Source of the DNA: Octopus vulgaris
Taxonomy: Eukaryota
Reading direction: 5' to 3'
DNA length: 64,000 bases
NCBI GenBank assembly: GCA_951406725.2
Contig: OX597816.1
Location: 14,508,001 to 14,572,000, forward strand
Part shown: positions 27,932 to 41,542 of the stretch, in pieces
Position numbering within the stretch: position 1 is the stretch's first letter
Layout of the letters: each line of letters starts with the position of its first letter
Program-made: the position numbers and the translations under genes
The notes under the pieces: generated by a model
Database searches by the model: none
Seen by the model: the letters and a program-made list of their open reading frames with translations, nothing else
Told to the model about the DNA's origin: nothing

Positions 27932-28324
27932 ACATACATATATAAATATCTGTATCACGCACAAGTATTGCAAAATCAACTTCTTGACCTTTCATGACTA
28001 ATAATAATTTAAAAAATTAAGATTGGCAATATAACCATTTTAATATGGTATTGTATTTCGAGATCTCTATTTCAGCAATATCGAGGAATATGTTGTCATG
28101 AAACGCGCGTAGTAATCCTATATGTACATATCGTGGATAATGTCGTTCAATAATGATTAAGTTGCTTGAGGGTGATTCTGTCTATTAAATCTATCTATAT
28201 ATATTTTGGTACCACTAAATTGAACATCTCTCCCCTGTGGACTCGGAAATAGCTTTCCTAATATTAATTAATTAATTATATATATATTTACACTAGAACA
28301 AATAAGAATACAGGTGTATATATA

Positions 28325-28357
<33 letters not shown>

Positions 28358-29125
28358 GTAAGTATGTATATATGTGTATATATGTATATATATATGTATG
28401 TATATATATATATATACATACATACATATACATATAAATATACATATATATACATATATGTAATATACACATACATACATAAATACATATATACATAAAC
28501 ACAGACATACATACATACATGCATAAATACATACATATGCATACAAATCCGAATGCACGGACACGTGTGTCTGTAAATGTATAAAATATCACAGTAGGCT
28601 GCCCATTCGAAATCAGCGATCAGTCTACGTAGTAATTACTTAAAATGTAGTGAAATGAGTTGAATCTCAGAGTTAACCCTGCTGTTCCTGTGATCTGATG
28701 AGTTAGCTTTCTTTATTTGCATTAATTTGTGAACAGACAATTGTATTGTATAGTTAGTTCTATGCATACTTATTGATGTAAACATATACATATAATTTTT
28801 TCATACTCAAAACGAAATTATGAGAAGAAGGTTACGAAACGGCTGTAATCATATAGAAGTCACATGAAAAAACAATGTTTCATCTATGTATGCTTGTATG
28901 TATATATGTATGTATTATGAATTTATATATGTTAAGGGTAAAAAGGGACAAAACAAAACAATAAATTAGTCAGCAAAGCTAATGTAACACACTGATATAT
29001 ATTATGAATGGGTGCGTTTCTTTGTATGTACATATGTACGTATAATATATGTTAACAGATGCATAAGCACATACATACATATATACATACATACATACAT
29101 ACATACATATATGTGTGTACATGTA

Positions 29126-29301
29126 TAGGCGCAGGAGAGATTATGTGGTAAGAAACTCGCTTACAAAACCACACGGTTCTGGATTCAGTCCCACTGCGTG
29201 AGACCTTGGGCTAGTATCTTCTACTATAGCCTCGAGCTGGCCAAAGCACTGTGAGTGGATTTGGTAGACGGAAACTGAAAGAAGCTTGTCATACATATAT
29301 A

Positions 29302-29334
<33 letters not shown>

Positions 29335-29500
29335 CTGTGTTTGTCATCCCATCATCGCTTCACAACCGATGTCAGTGTGTTTACACCCCCGTATCTTAAC
29401 GTTTCGGTAAAATAGATCGATAGAATAAATACTGGGCCCTACATGAAAAATAAGTCTTGGGGTCGATTTGTTTCAAATGACTGAAACAAGAAAAAGAATA
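29126..29500 (+). mobile_element. SINE family C
   Basis: Same motifs as 26772-27172. Confidence 0.8.
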
Positions 29501-29523
29501 AAAAGGAAAAAGAAAAACAATAT

Positions 29524-29576
<53 letters not shown>

Positions 29577-30152
29577 CTTATATATATCGTACATATATAT
29601 ATATCTTTATACATGTGTGTGTGCGCATGTGTGTTTGTGTGGGTGAGTGTATGCGCGTGCGTGCATATATATATATATGTATCTATATATATTTTTGTTT
29701 GTATGTATGTATATATGTTTTTTTGTTTGTATGTATGTGTGTATGTATGTATGTATGTATGTATGTATGTATGTATGTATGTATGTATGTATGTATGTAC
29801 GTATGTATGCATATATGTATGCTTGTGTCAATATCTTGTTAGACTTGACTTCAGCTTATTCAACCAAGTTAGTTAAATGAACCGGTAAGATGATACTTGA
29901 AGTCTCAGTGAAGTCTAAACACGATTATTAATTTCGCCTACACTAATGATACAGATTCCAGCCAACAGAGCATATTTTGCTGTTTTCTATCATTCTTGAT
30001 TAACAACTCTAAACATTACGGAATATTTATTTCAAGATCAACTGTCTACATATAATTTTCGAAAGGACAAATTTTATGGAGAACTATGAGGCTCACTGAT
30101 CTTTCTCAGTTCTCTTAATGGTTCATTAGCTTGATGTATTATACACAGTGTG

Positions 30153-30445
30153 GAGGCACATGGCATAGTGGTTAGAGCAGCGGACTCGGGATCGCGGGTT
30201 CGAATCTCAGACCGGGCGATGTGTATGTTTATGAGCAAAACACTTAAGCTCCACGCTTCTTCGGCAGAAGGTAATGGCGAACTTCTGCTGACTCTTTCGC
30301 CACAACTTTCTCTCACTCTTTCCTCCTGTATCATGCAGCTCACCTGCGACGGACCGACGTTCCGTCCAGGTGGGGAACCTATACGCCAAGGAAACCGGGA
30401 AACCGGCCCTTATGAGCCGGACATTGCTCGAGAAGGAACAAACAA
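30153..30445 (+). mobile_element. tRNA-derived SINE related to family B
   Basis: ggcacatggcatagtggttagagcagcggactcg..ggttcgaatctc contains A and B boxes; tail gaaaccgggaaaccggcccttatgagcc is shared with 52750-53000. Confidence 0.8.
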
Positions 30446-31277
30446 TTATACACAGTGGTGTAGCTTATAGGGGAACAAATGGGAGCGACCGCTTCCCCAG
30501 AACACATTTTTCAAAACTGGCGTACTTTCAACTTTTTTTTTTGTTAATCGCATGGGCTTGGGGGAACTTTCTGGAGTCATGACTTTATTTGACCAAGCTC
30601 CCGTGTTTTTCAAACTGTCTGCTCAATCTCCTTTGATGTTGTTGGTGGCCGTTGACATCTGAAGAACAAAAACAAACCCTGACGTCATAACCTCTCGATA
30701 CCGGACAACCCCATGGAGTTTCATCTTTTTCACGTCACACCTATATTATTAGTTGTATGTTTCATACATAACGGACATTGTTATTGAAACATGAAATTAA
30801 TGAATGTAGAATAAATACAATTACGTATATTATAACTACTGAAATATTTCGTATAATGTAGGGGAAATGAGTTTAAAATTGTTTGGTATGTGCCACGGTG
30901 CCTTTTTTGTATCTGCTAGCTCCCTCTACCTATAGAACCTTGTTACGCTTTTAATAATACTTCGAGAATTTAACGCATTGCCAAAAATACTATAAGAACT
31001 TGTAGCATACTGAATCAATTTTCATTCCTGCTTGGAGACTCCTTATGTCAATTACGTCATTAAACCCTCGATAAAAGCATGAATGATGTTACATAATATA
31101 ATTTCTATTCATCAGGAATGTAGTCTATAATCCATTATGAGAAAGACCCGCAAATATGAAAGCCTTTGCCGCTCCTCATCCGATTATTTAACTATATCAC
31201 TTATGCTATTCTACGCGCATAGACACACAAATACACTTATACATGTAAATTTTTCATGCCCTACGTGAATTTGTTTG

Positions 31278-31347
<70 letters not shown>

Positions 31348-31731
31348 TATCTATATGCTTGTACATATGTGTTTATCTTCTGAATATATTTAGTTATATG
31401 TAACTATACGTATGTATGTGTGTGTAGGTATTTAAGTTTATATATGTCAAGTCTTATCGTGTTTATCCGCATCCCAATCTTCATATCAGCTCACCTGGAT
31501 TCCTGGATTCCTCCTATAGCTACTCTTTAGCCTGGAGACCTAATCTTCGATAAAAATTCTGGAGTTAAATTCAAATCATTTGAGCACTACTATGCATTTT
31601 CTATATTAAGTATCTCTATATCTCACCTTTTCACACACGCACGTACGCGCGCGCACATACACACGCACACATACACATATATACATTTACACGCATATAT
31701 ATACATATATAGAAATATATATATTTATGTA

Positions 31732-31762
<31 letters not shown>

Positions 31763-32073
31763 AAGATAGTATACTTGGATGCAAAAATGATGCGAAATTT
31801 GAATGTTTCCTTCCTTATCCAATTTAAATATCAATTATGTTCCGAACTTTTTCCGTGTGCACAATTAATCCAATTAAAATTGCTTGTATTAGTCAACTTA
31901 TGTGCACAGTAGTTAATTCATTAAACTATTTGGTCATTAAATCACCGGCTAATTGTTTCCGCCAAACTATATCTCTCAATTAATCAGTTTGTTCTGAAAG
32001 TTTACTCAATAAAAATATCAAAATTAAACCAATTCCTCATCAGTCCTTTCAAAAGCTGCCTGCTTAATTGTAA

Positions 32074-32402
32074 TTAGCACTATGACCCGGCGTTACCGGG
32101 TCATAGTGCTAGTGCATGCATATACAGCTGCGTGCGTGCGCACATACACGCGAGTACTGTCCAAATTTCCGACCAATCCCATACAGCTAGCTGGCATTCA
32201 ATTGGTGTATCAAGTTTCAGGCATTTTGATTGGGTTTTGGATAGAAAATTCACATAAAGTCACTTCTGTTGATTTTTTTAATGGCTTTGCGGGGTGACTG
32301 GGGAAATGTAAAGATGTGCACAACCACCCTTGGACGGTTTTGAATGACCATAGAAAGTGCGAGTCCTTTAACTGAAAAATTGTGGATTTGTATAAAGGAC
32401 AT

Positions 32403-32445
<43 letters not shown>

Positions 32446-32467
32446 TTTTGCCGTTTATATATAGAGA
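32074..32467 (-). mobile_element. Non-autonomous Helitron
   Basis: Minus strand starts A|TCTCTATATATAAACGG and ends with a GC-rich hairpin + CTAA|T (CTRR); contains an internal (CA)n. Confidence 0.75.
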
Positions 32468-32569
32468 TTACATGGACGGTGGTTGATATGTCAGAAAGCT
32501 ACAACTAACTTCTTGATTTGACGTTGACGAAGGATCTCTCTTGAAATAAATACATTCAGTCCCTTGTCG

Positions 32570-33005
32570 TGTGAACTACTAAAAAGTTTGGATCTCTGTT
32601 CCATTCTCGCAAATTTCTTACGCCTGGGAGTAGGTTGTATCTATATAAAGCCACCATTCGACTTTGCACCGAATGGGCCGGTGCTTCCTCAAAGTGTCTT
32701 AAAGTGCTTGATCGAATTCAGAATAACATTGTTGACATGGCGAGTCCTCTTCTTTCCATCGCCGAAATACATCTTTATTGTGTCCATTCTATAAGTATTT
32801 TCATTTTCGTTGTTTTGATGAACTCTCTGGACTAGCGCCCTCAGACAAGAATTTTAAATATATCACTCGCTTCTCTTCCTAGGTGCACCTTAAGCCCTTA
32901 ATTTTAATAGCCTCTTTCCCCGAACTTCTGTCCTCTGGAACTCACCCTGTTTTTCTCTAGTCTTTGATATTCTGTCCTTTAAACTTTCTATCAATCTACA
33001 TCTTT
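32570..33005 (+). pseudogene. Decayed CR1/Jockey-like LINE 3' fragment
   Basis: LYKATIRLCTEWAGASSKCLKVLDRIQ resembles the LYK..IRP..EY..W.GA....L..LDRIQ segment that follows the RT domain. Confidence 0.6.
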
Positions 33006-34149
33006 TGAATTTGTTAATTTCCTTCTTTGTTGTCCTTATCTACAGTCGCCTTAAACCTCGTTTCGGCTTTATATTTGGACAGTCTCGAACTCTCAGTTAA
33101 ATGGAATTATTATATTTTTTCTCTGTTGTGTCGTGAATTTAATTGTTCCCCTTTTTCAGACATCCACAGTTGTTGTTTAACTCCAAATCCATTCTGATCC
33201 AGTAGATTTATTAAATGAATATTTATTAAAGGATAAAGAAATATTATTATAGCTTAAACATAAACATTAGAACTGGCGTAATGACAGCCAACTTCCAAAG
33301 GACAAAATTAGATTTAAAGACACGGAAACAGTAAAACCAATATAATTCCGTGAGACAAAATATTGATACAGAGAATTTTAAATTAATCGCCAACCATAAA
33401 TAGGAACCTCATGTCTGGAATAAGAGAGAGTGCCGTTGACCTATGCTTGGACTAAAATATCGTCAATAAGGCCATCTCTTTTTTATCATGGCATCCTTAA
33501 ATCATGCAAATTACTAGGCTATAAATGTGTTCTTCCCTTTTCTGTATAAGTCTAAGTCCCTTGATTACTGGAGATAAAGTTAGACAACTGCCATGCTGAT
33601 AATGGTTGTTGAGCCAGAAACACGTATCTATGATAGTCCTCATTTCTCCTGACAAAAAGCCTGTTCTTTTCGTTATTGGTATACCAATTTGAAAACTCCT
33701 TGATTTTCGAGGTTGCTTCTCCTTCTCACATGGAGCTTTGGTAATTATGATACATCTTCTAGCAGTGGATATGTTTTTTGTAAATGAAGACTTTATGCTG
33801 TAGAGTACTTAAAATATCTACTTTTTGTTTGTTGTTCAAATACATACCAATCGCCGCTCGGAGTTATTTCTCTTAGCTCATTTTTATTTCAAGTATCTTA
33901 GAACCAGTTCCAGAAAAAGACTAGCTTATATAGTTTGGGCACCACATACTGCGTAGAAGAAAACAGTTAGAAATAGGAATGTAATTTGGTTTAATCGACC
34001 ACAAAACCTAGAAGTTACCACGAACATAGGCAGGAATTCCTTGACTACAGTTTTCCACCCACGCACAGAAATCACAAGCTCTTCATCTCACATAAGGTTA
34101 CGGGCAGTTCAGATGCACACACACACACACATGCATGTGTGTGTATATA

Positions 34150-34204
<55 letters not shown>

Positions 34205-34417
34205 GACCAGGCTATCAGATGTTGCTACACATCGCTGGTCACAATGCGCTTCGCATTGTTTTAGCCTTCAAATGACGCCACCCCGCTGGCTAAGCGAGCA
34301 GGCCAATATATATATATATATATATCCACTTGTATTTATACATACATTCATAAATATGTGTGTGTGACTATGTATATAATATATATATATATCCCTACAT
34401 TGCAAACATATATATAT

Positions 34418-34557
<140 letters not shown>

Positions 34558-35074
34558 AGGCCAAGTAACACTTTTAGTTCGTTGGTTTCTGTCTGGCTAT
34601 CACGCGGCTGGAATGCAGAAAGAAAAGAATGGTAAGAGAAGTAGAAAGAAGAGAAGACAGAATATTACGCTTCACATACATACATTCACTCACATTTACG
34701 CGCGCATATACATAGAGACAAATAGAATGACACTTATATACATTTATACACACAATACTTTGTACTACACAATCAGCTGCAATTGACAAATTTCATTGAA
34801 GTATTGAAATTTTGCAGAAAAACATTGTAAAGATAGCATAGCAGAGAGAATGTGTCCTGAGAAAGTTGTACCACTTTACGCCTAGCTATAACGTTTTCTC
34901 TTTCACTCATTTCGACCATTAAATCTTAATTGTATTATTCTGTAAAATAATATTTAATTAGTTTAAATGTACATAAATGCATTAAAATAATTTTAAATTC
35001 CATTACACATTCTAAAATATTATTAAATTTCGTTCAATTTAAAAAAAAAAGGTAAAATCGGACAGAACTTATGG

Positions 35075-35279
35075 GATGACCAAATACTATCTGTAATTTT
35101 GTATTGACTCGAATGGAAAAATGTGTCACTCAAGGACTTTTTTTCATGTCGCTCAAGATGGGCAATTTTCATGATGTTCCATATTTAGATGCTTTTATTA
35201 CATTCATTCAGTTGTTAAACATAAATAAATCTTGGTATTAAATGGTTTTAATTTACTGTTGGGTGACTTTTGGCCAACC

Positions 35280-35284
<5 letters not shown>
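35075..35284. mobile_element. Tc1/mariner-type MITE end (related fragment at about 15755-15920)
   Basis: Ends gggtgacttttggccaaccctg|TA; shares tgtattgactcgaa..catatttagatgcttttatta with the 15.8-kb copy. Confidence 0.6.
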
Positions 35285-35327
<43 letters not shown>

Positions 35328-35329
<2 letters not shown>

Positions 35330-35490
35330 TCACGGAGTGGTTGGTGTTAGGAAGGGCATCCAGCTGTAGAAACACTGCCAGATCAGACTGGTGCCTGGTG
35401 CAGCGTCCTGGCTTCCCAGACCCCGGTCGAACCTTCCAACCCATGCTAACATGGAAAACGGACGTTAAACGATGATGATGATGATGATGA
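35328..35490 (+). mobile_element. SINE family D 3' part
   Basis: Matches 22165-22322. Confidence 0.8.
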
Positions 35491-35491
35491 T

Positions 35492-35590
<99 letters not shown>

Positions 35591-35686
35591 AATAATGAGG
35601 GAGATAAATTAATATTAATTTTAATATCAATTTAAAACCAGTAGTCCAATACAAAAATCTGGTCAGAGAAAATTCTAATATATGTG

Positions 35687-36242
35687 TATATTGGCAGGGC
35701 TTACTGCTAGGGAGTCACATATGCTAGAAATAGACCATCAACGGTCAAATGTACTGGCAAATACAGCGAACACAGAACCAGTTTTGGCGGGCATGACAGA
35801 TGAAAATTTATATAAAAAACAGAATTTGCCTCGGTTTCTTACATTACTAAATGTCCGTGCTTCTTCAGGCATGTTCATAGTAATGTAAGCGGAAAAAGCT
35901 AACCCAGCTTTCGTGCAGTACAGACATTTAGCTTTACCGATTAATCGGTAAAGCTAATCGGTAATCGGTAAAGCTACACACGTGTCTGTACTGGCACGAA
36001 AGCTGGGTTAGCTTTTCCGCTTACATTACTATGAACGGATGCAAACCGAGGTTGCATGCATTTAATGTTAAGGCTGAAACCGAGTTGCATTTAATTCTGT
36101 TTTTTATATAAATTTTCATCTGTCATGCCCGCCAAAACTGGTTCTGGTGTTCGCTGTATTTTTCCTCTAGAGAATTTCCTTGTAGTTTGACCGTTGATGG
36201 TCTATTTCTAGCATATGGCCGACTCCCTAGCAGTAAGCCCTG

Positions 36243-36250
<8 letters not shown>
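35687..36250. repeat. ~560-bp foldback (long inverted repeat)
   Basis: Arms match in blocks from tatattggcagggcttactgctaggg / ccctagcagtaagccctgccaatata inward; perfect 30-bp palindrome at 35928-35957. Confidence 0.9.
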
Positions 36251-36327
<77 letters not shown>

Positions 36328-36344
36328 ATGGTTAATTAAAAAAC

Positions 36345-36520
36345 TCAGAGAAAAAGAAATAACAAACAAGCGTGAGGACATAGCACAAATAATGTATTAA
36401 TAAGACGTTCAGAGAAAGGAGAGAGTAGTTGTTTTACGTTTCGAGTATAGCTCTTCTTCGGATTAAGGAAAGATAGGAAAGTCCAAAGCAGAGAAGGAAG
36501 AAAGCGGGGAAAATCCGCTA
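36345..36520 (-). mobile_element. Diverged copy of the hammerhead-bearing repeat seen at 2085-2280 and 56720-56910
   Basis: Minus strand reads CCGAAGA-A-GAG(CUAUA)CUC-GAA-ACGU-A-AAAC at 36431-36461; flanks resemble the other copies. Confidence 0.6.
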
Positions 36521-37434
36521 ACAGCCCACGTGCGGTTAGGTGTCGGTGATGGCGAAAAAGGAAAGAGAGTGGAAGGAGAACTGAAGTAAAGTCGAGGGAG
36601 GAGAAGTCAGGAGGCAGAGTCACAGACAAATTATAATGATTATTCATTTAGTGTTGACTGTTAGACGAAAGAATATTCTAAAACCTTAGTAGAGATTAAT
36701 AATGTTTTTTATATAATTCTCAAGTATTTTCTTAAACTCTATGTTAGCAAGGGACTGTAGACTAACTTGACAAGATATTAACATTTTATATGTATGTGTG
36801 CATGCGTGGATGTATATGTGTGTACAAACACACACACACACATAAAAAGAAAGAGAGAGCTAGTAATTGAGAAAATAATAGATTCACATCACATATTACA
36901 ACTCATTATAAACGGTCTCAATGAAAAATTCAAAATAAATTTAATTTCATGGCATGACAATATCTGTCTGAAAGTGAAATGGAATTTTAACGACATGAGA
37001 ATATTCAATACTTAGCAGAAACATTTATTTAAACATAGAACATAACTCGTAATGTTTATGTATAAAATATATTCTATATTTCATAAGTCTGTCTAAGAAA
37101 GAATAAATCATAGCCACAAAATTATTCGCAACTCTCTAATTTCCTCAATTACCCAACAGAGTTACACTTGTGTTCTTCAAATCCGCAATCTTATCCCCTT
37201 CCTTTGTTTTTCTCGGTTTCTAACTTTATTTGACAAACCATCTACTTCTTCTCTGTCCTTCAACCTGTGTTTCGTAAAAGATGAAAGTCTATAGCAAGTA
37301 TATTGCGAGTGAAAGAACCTGTTTAAATGAGAATGTAAAAAAGGAGAAAGCAAAGTCTTCAGTGTGAATATGTGGTTTGTGAGGTCAACCGTGTCCTCCG
37401 CTTCATTTTTTGTTAATCACTCATTCTCATTTAA

Positions 37435-37734
37435 TCTTTATATATAAAAGTGAAGTTGTGTGTCTGTCTCTTACGATTTAGATTCGTAACTACTCCCACA
37501 TTTTGCGGTGCAGTGTAACCAAAACCGGGTATCTTATAGTCGTGATTCATATCAAGCCCTTCTGGGTATTAGCGCGCGTCTACGATGAGTCTACGATTAA
37601 AAAAAAAAAATTACCATAATTTTTTCCCATTTTTAATGCAATTTTTTGCTATTATACAAGGGAAGTAACTCTCTAAAAATGTTTATATAGTTTTTTCCCT
37701 TACAAACCCGAGCAACGCCGGGCGATACTGCTAG
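37435..37734 (+). mobile_element. Non-autonomous Helitron
   Basis: A|TCTTTATATATAAAAG start, cccg-agcaacgc-cggg hairpin, CTAG|T end, inserted between A and T. Confidence 0.8.
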
Positions 37735-37986
37735 TTGTATATATTTTAATTGTTTATTTATTCATACGTTTCGTCTCATTTGATACCCTGACCCCAATGT
37801 TTGTTTTGTCTGTCCTTGTATCATCCCCTCTTTTTCTCAACCTTATGGTGAATAAAGAAATACTCTTATTTCTGTCCACTCTCGCCCATTACATTTTTTA
37901 TAGCTTTCGTATGAATAACAAAATAATTTTTCGCTATAATTTTCAAGAGTAACACAAACAATTATTTTATCTCTCTTCTGTTGCAG

Positions 37987-39367
37987 GTAATGTTGGGTCA
38001 ACTTCCAAAACAAAGTAGCCAAGAAACCGAACCACAGCAGTTGATGCGAGAATTGTACGATACTTTAGAGAGAGAAAACGACTTGAAAGAACAGATGAAG
38101 TTTACCGAACTTGAGGCCAAAAACATGCGCAAGAAACTATCTGATCTTGAAGAAGAAAACGAGAGTCTTACTGTACAGATTAAAAAGCTGATGTCGGCCA
38201 AAACCATTTTCACCAAGAAATCTGAAGATGCTGGGTCGGCAGCTAAAGAAATTGAATTAAATTTGATGCTCGAAATGAGTGAAAGAGAAAACGCTATAGC
38301 TAGGCGTAAAGTGGCTGAATTAGACCACATGAACGATAGCCTCCAGGAAGAGGTAAAATATCTGGAGAAACGTATCGAGGAAAAAGAGCAAGAGATGAGC
38401 AAAGTCCCTGAACCAACCACACCGAATGCTTATTACGAAGACAAAATCAAGGAATTGACTGAACAAACCGATGAGCTTAAATGGAAGCTTATCGAAAAAG
38501 ACAGAGAGATTGAAAGACTTTCGGCTTTAGTTCAGAATATAAATACGAAACAGAACCGTTTGAAAAAGAGCCGGTCGTTGGACAGTGACAACCAAGTCGT
38601 AGATCTTAATCGTCAGCTAACTCATGTTCAGCAAGAAGCGAGTATATTAAGGGACAAGCTTGTCAAAATCGAATCCGAAAACGAACGCTATATCAAAGAA
38701 AATCGTAAGCTTCAATTCCAAGTATCTCATAAAGTACCAGCTGTAACAGCAGACGATGCTGCCTTAGAGAACGTAGAACTGAAGGCCTTAGTAAAGAAGC
38801 TGGAGACTGATAATAAAGAACTAAATAGTAAGTTGAGGTTGATGTCTGAGGACGTGCGTAAAATGAGTAAAAAAGAGAGCTTTAAGCTACCCTTAGCAAC
38901 CACCCTCATTGGCACCAAGGGCGATGAGGTGATCAGCCCAGGTAGCAAGCATTCTCTAATAAGTCCAGTCCTCGGAAGTCCGACTGCAACAAGAACAGAC
39001 AGAATAGGCGATGCAGCTTCTGTAAGTGGTAGCCACGGTATCAGCATCAACATTGGCGGTTGTAATGTCGGGACGCCGACTGAAGGAATAGACAAAGTTC
39101 CTGGCATTCCTTCTACAAATAGTAACCAAGATATATTGGCCGCATCACGTGATGCCGACAAGGTGAAGCAGTTGGAGAAGGAGGCTGCAACGCACCGCCT
39201 AAAAATGGCGGAACTGGAAGCTAAAAACGCGCGCATGTCAAGAGAGCTAAATCGCATCAACAGCGAAAAGACAGCAGAGGCGGCGTTAGCCACTGAAAAC
39301 ATGTCGGCCGAGGATAGAATACGTCAAGAGTTGATGCAGGAGATACACGATTTAGAAGATGAACTAG
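37987..39367 (+). CDS. Internal coding exon of a SOGA/MTCL-family (SOGA1/MTCL1-like, microtubule cross-linking factor) coiled-coil protein
   Basis: Only long non-repetitive ORF (487 aa, 37981-39444). Pyrimidine tract + ttgcag acceptor ends at 37986 (phase 0); ctag|gtaagt donor after 39367 (phase 1). Heptad-rich. ELYDTLERENDLKEQMKFTE..MRKKLSDLEEENESL..QIKKL and LKKSRSLD..DLNRQL..QQEASILR resemble SOGA/MTCL motifs as I recall them. Exon call is strong, family call moderate. Confidence 0.8.
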
Positions 39368-39630
39368 GTAAGTTTTCTCAATTTTTTTTCTATATAACAA
39401 ACGAGTGTGTATTTATTAAAAATATTCCTACAAATTTTAAGTAATATCTATTTTCTATAAATTTTAAACATCATCAACTAACTTCATAAATTCATTCATT
39501 CTCGCATGCATCTGTTCATATGTATGTATATGTATATATGAACGTGTGTGTGTGTGAGTGCGTATTTATTAGTATGTATGTGTGATTGTTTCTCATTACT
39601 TATTGTCGATAGCATAGCACTCGCTGGTGA

Positions 39631-39669
<39 letters not shown>

Positions 39670-39949
39670 CACTACTACTGCCGCTGATGCTGCTGCTGCT
39701 GCTGCTACTGCTTCGGACGTTGTTGATGTTCTCATTTTACTTTTGTTTTTGAGTTATCATCCTCTGTGATCTTATGTAAATATGTTTTATGTACACAGAC
39801 ACACGTGTGTGAACATACACACACACACATAACACATCGAATGTATACGTATATATATATGTGTGTGTATGTATATAGGTGTATATATATATATATATAT
39901 ATATGTACATGTGTATATATATATATATATATATATGCATATATATCTA

Positions 39950-40086
<137 letters not shown>

Positions 40087-40123
40087 ATGTGTGTATGCAT
40101 GTATGTATATCTTTCTGTGTGTG

Positions 40124-40157
<34 letters not shown>

Positions 40158-40182
40158 TAAATATACATACACACACATCTCG

Positions 40183-40245
<63 letters not shown>

Positions 40246-40992
40246 GTAACACTTTTTATTGTTGTCATGCCGTTACACATTCTCATGAACACACACACAA
40301 CTAAACTTAAGCATTTATCTACCTCTCTCTCCCTTTATCTACCTACCTATATATGTGTGTATGTATATATATAAATACATATATACATACATATAATATG
40401 CTTGTAACCATACAGTCATTTTATAAGTATATTATATAATATGTATATGTTGTATGTATGCATGTGTGTAATATATATATGCGTGTTTGTATATGTGTTT
40501 GTATGTGCGTATGTGTATGTATGTGCGAGCGCTCCCCCATTTAATAAGCCATATTAATTACAAGGAAAGAGCGAGAAAAGAAGTCGGGCGGGAAGAGACG
40601 GGGGTGTGGGGTGGGGGCCGGGGGAAGGTAACGAGGTAAAGGTAAAAAGAGCAGCAGCAACAACAACATCAAGAAGAACATTAGCAGCAGCAACAAGATG
40701 ATCAACAGGGAGAGAAAGAAATAGATAGGCAAGGGCGTAAGAAAAAAAAAACAGCATCGGTTGAGAAAATACGACGAAAAACGGGAAAAAAAACAAAAAA
40801 AAAATACAGAAATCAAAAAAGAAAGATACAAGGAAAGAAAGAGAAGAAAATGAAGAAGCATATACGTGAGAGAATGAGAAAAATAGCAGAACTGGGGACG
40901 AAGAATGAGAGACTGAAAGAACGTTGGCAGGAGAACGAACATCCGAAAGAAAACTAATAATAGAAGCTTCATGGGTTTTATTCATTTAATAC

Positions 40993-41064
<72 letters not shown>

Positions 41065-41501
41065 CATTATTATTATTATTATAGTTGTTATTATTATTAT
41101 TATCATTATTATTATTATTATTATTGTTATTGGTAATCGTGGGCCTCTCTCGCTCGTAGTATTTCTCGTTGGGGGAAGAAATAAAAGTTTCTTCGAGGTA
41201 TTCTTCTGCTTCTGTGTTCTTTACTTTCGTCCCATGTTTTTTTATATCATCTCTACGGGGCTGCTTACCCCTACGTTGTACCTGGCTGTCTAGCTGTGTG
41301 TGTGTGTGTGTGTGTGTACGTGTGCGCGAGTGTGTTTGTGTGTGTGTGTGTGTCATTCACTCTCTGTTCCTCTGTTTTTCTATCTATCTGGCTGTCTATC
41401 TGTTTGTCCCTCTCTCTCTCAAGCACTATCTCTCTCTAGATCTCATTCACTCACTCACCCTGTCTGCTTGTTTCTCGTCCACTCACACACACACTCTCTC
41501 A

Positions 41502-41542
<41 letters not shown>

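Noticed and set aside
28090-28116. gaa-acgcgcgt-a: palindromic stem III-like half of a hammerhead
   Set aside because: No upstream CUGANGA or stem I partner found; at most a remnant.
30453-30952. Possible hAT-like MITE starting cagtggtgtagct
   Set aside because: The right TIR is too degenerate and no TSD is visible.
37998-39302. Minus-strand ORFs of 140 and 191 aa
   Set aside because: Antisense shadows of the real plus-strand exon.
39368-39444. Last 25 codons of the 487-aa ORF
   Set aside because: Read-through into the intron after the ag|gtaagt donor; composition turns T-rich.
40555-40970. Purine-rich stretch with two 143-aa minus-strand ORFs
   Set aside because: Low complexity with F/L/S-biased translations, no recognisable domain and no clear splice sites.
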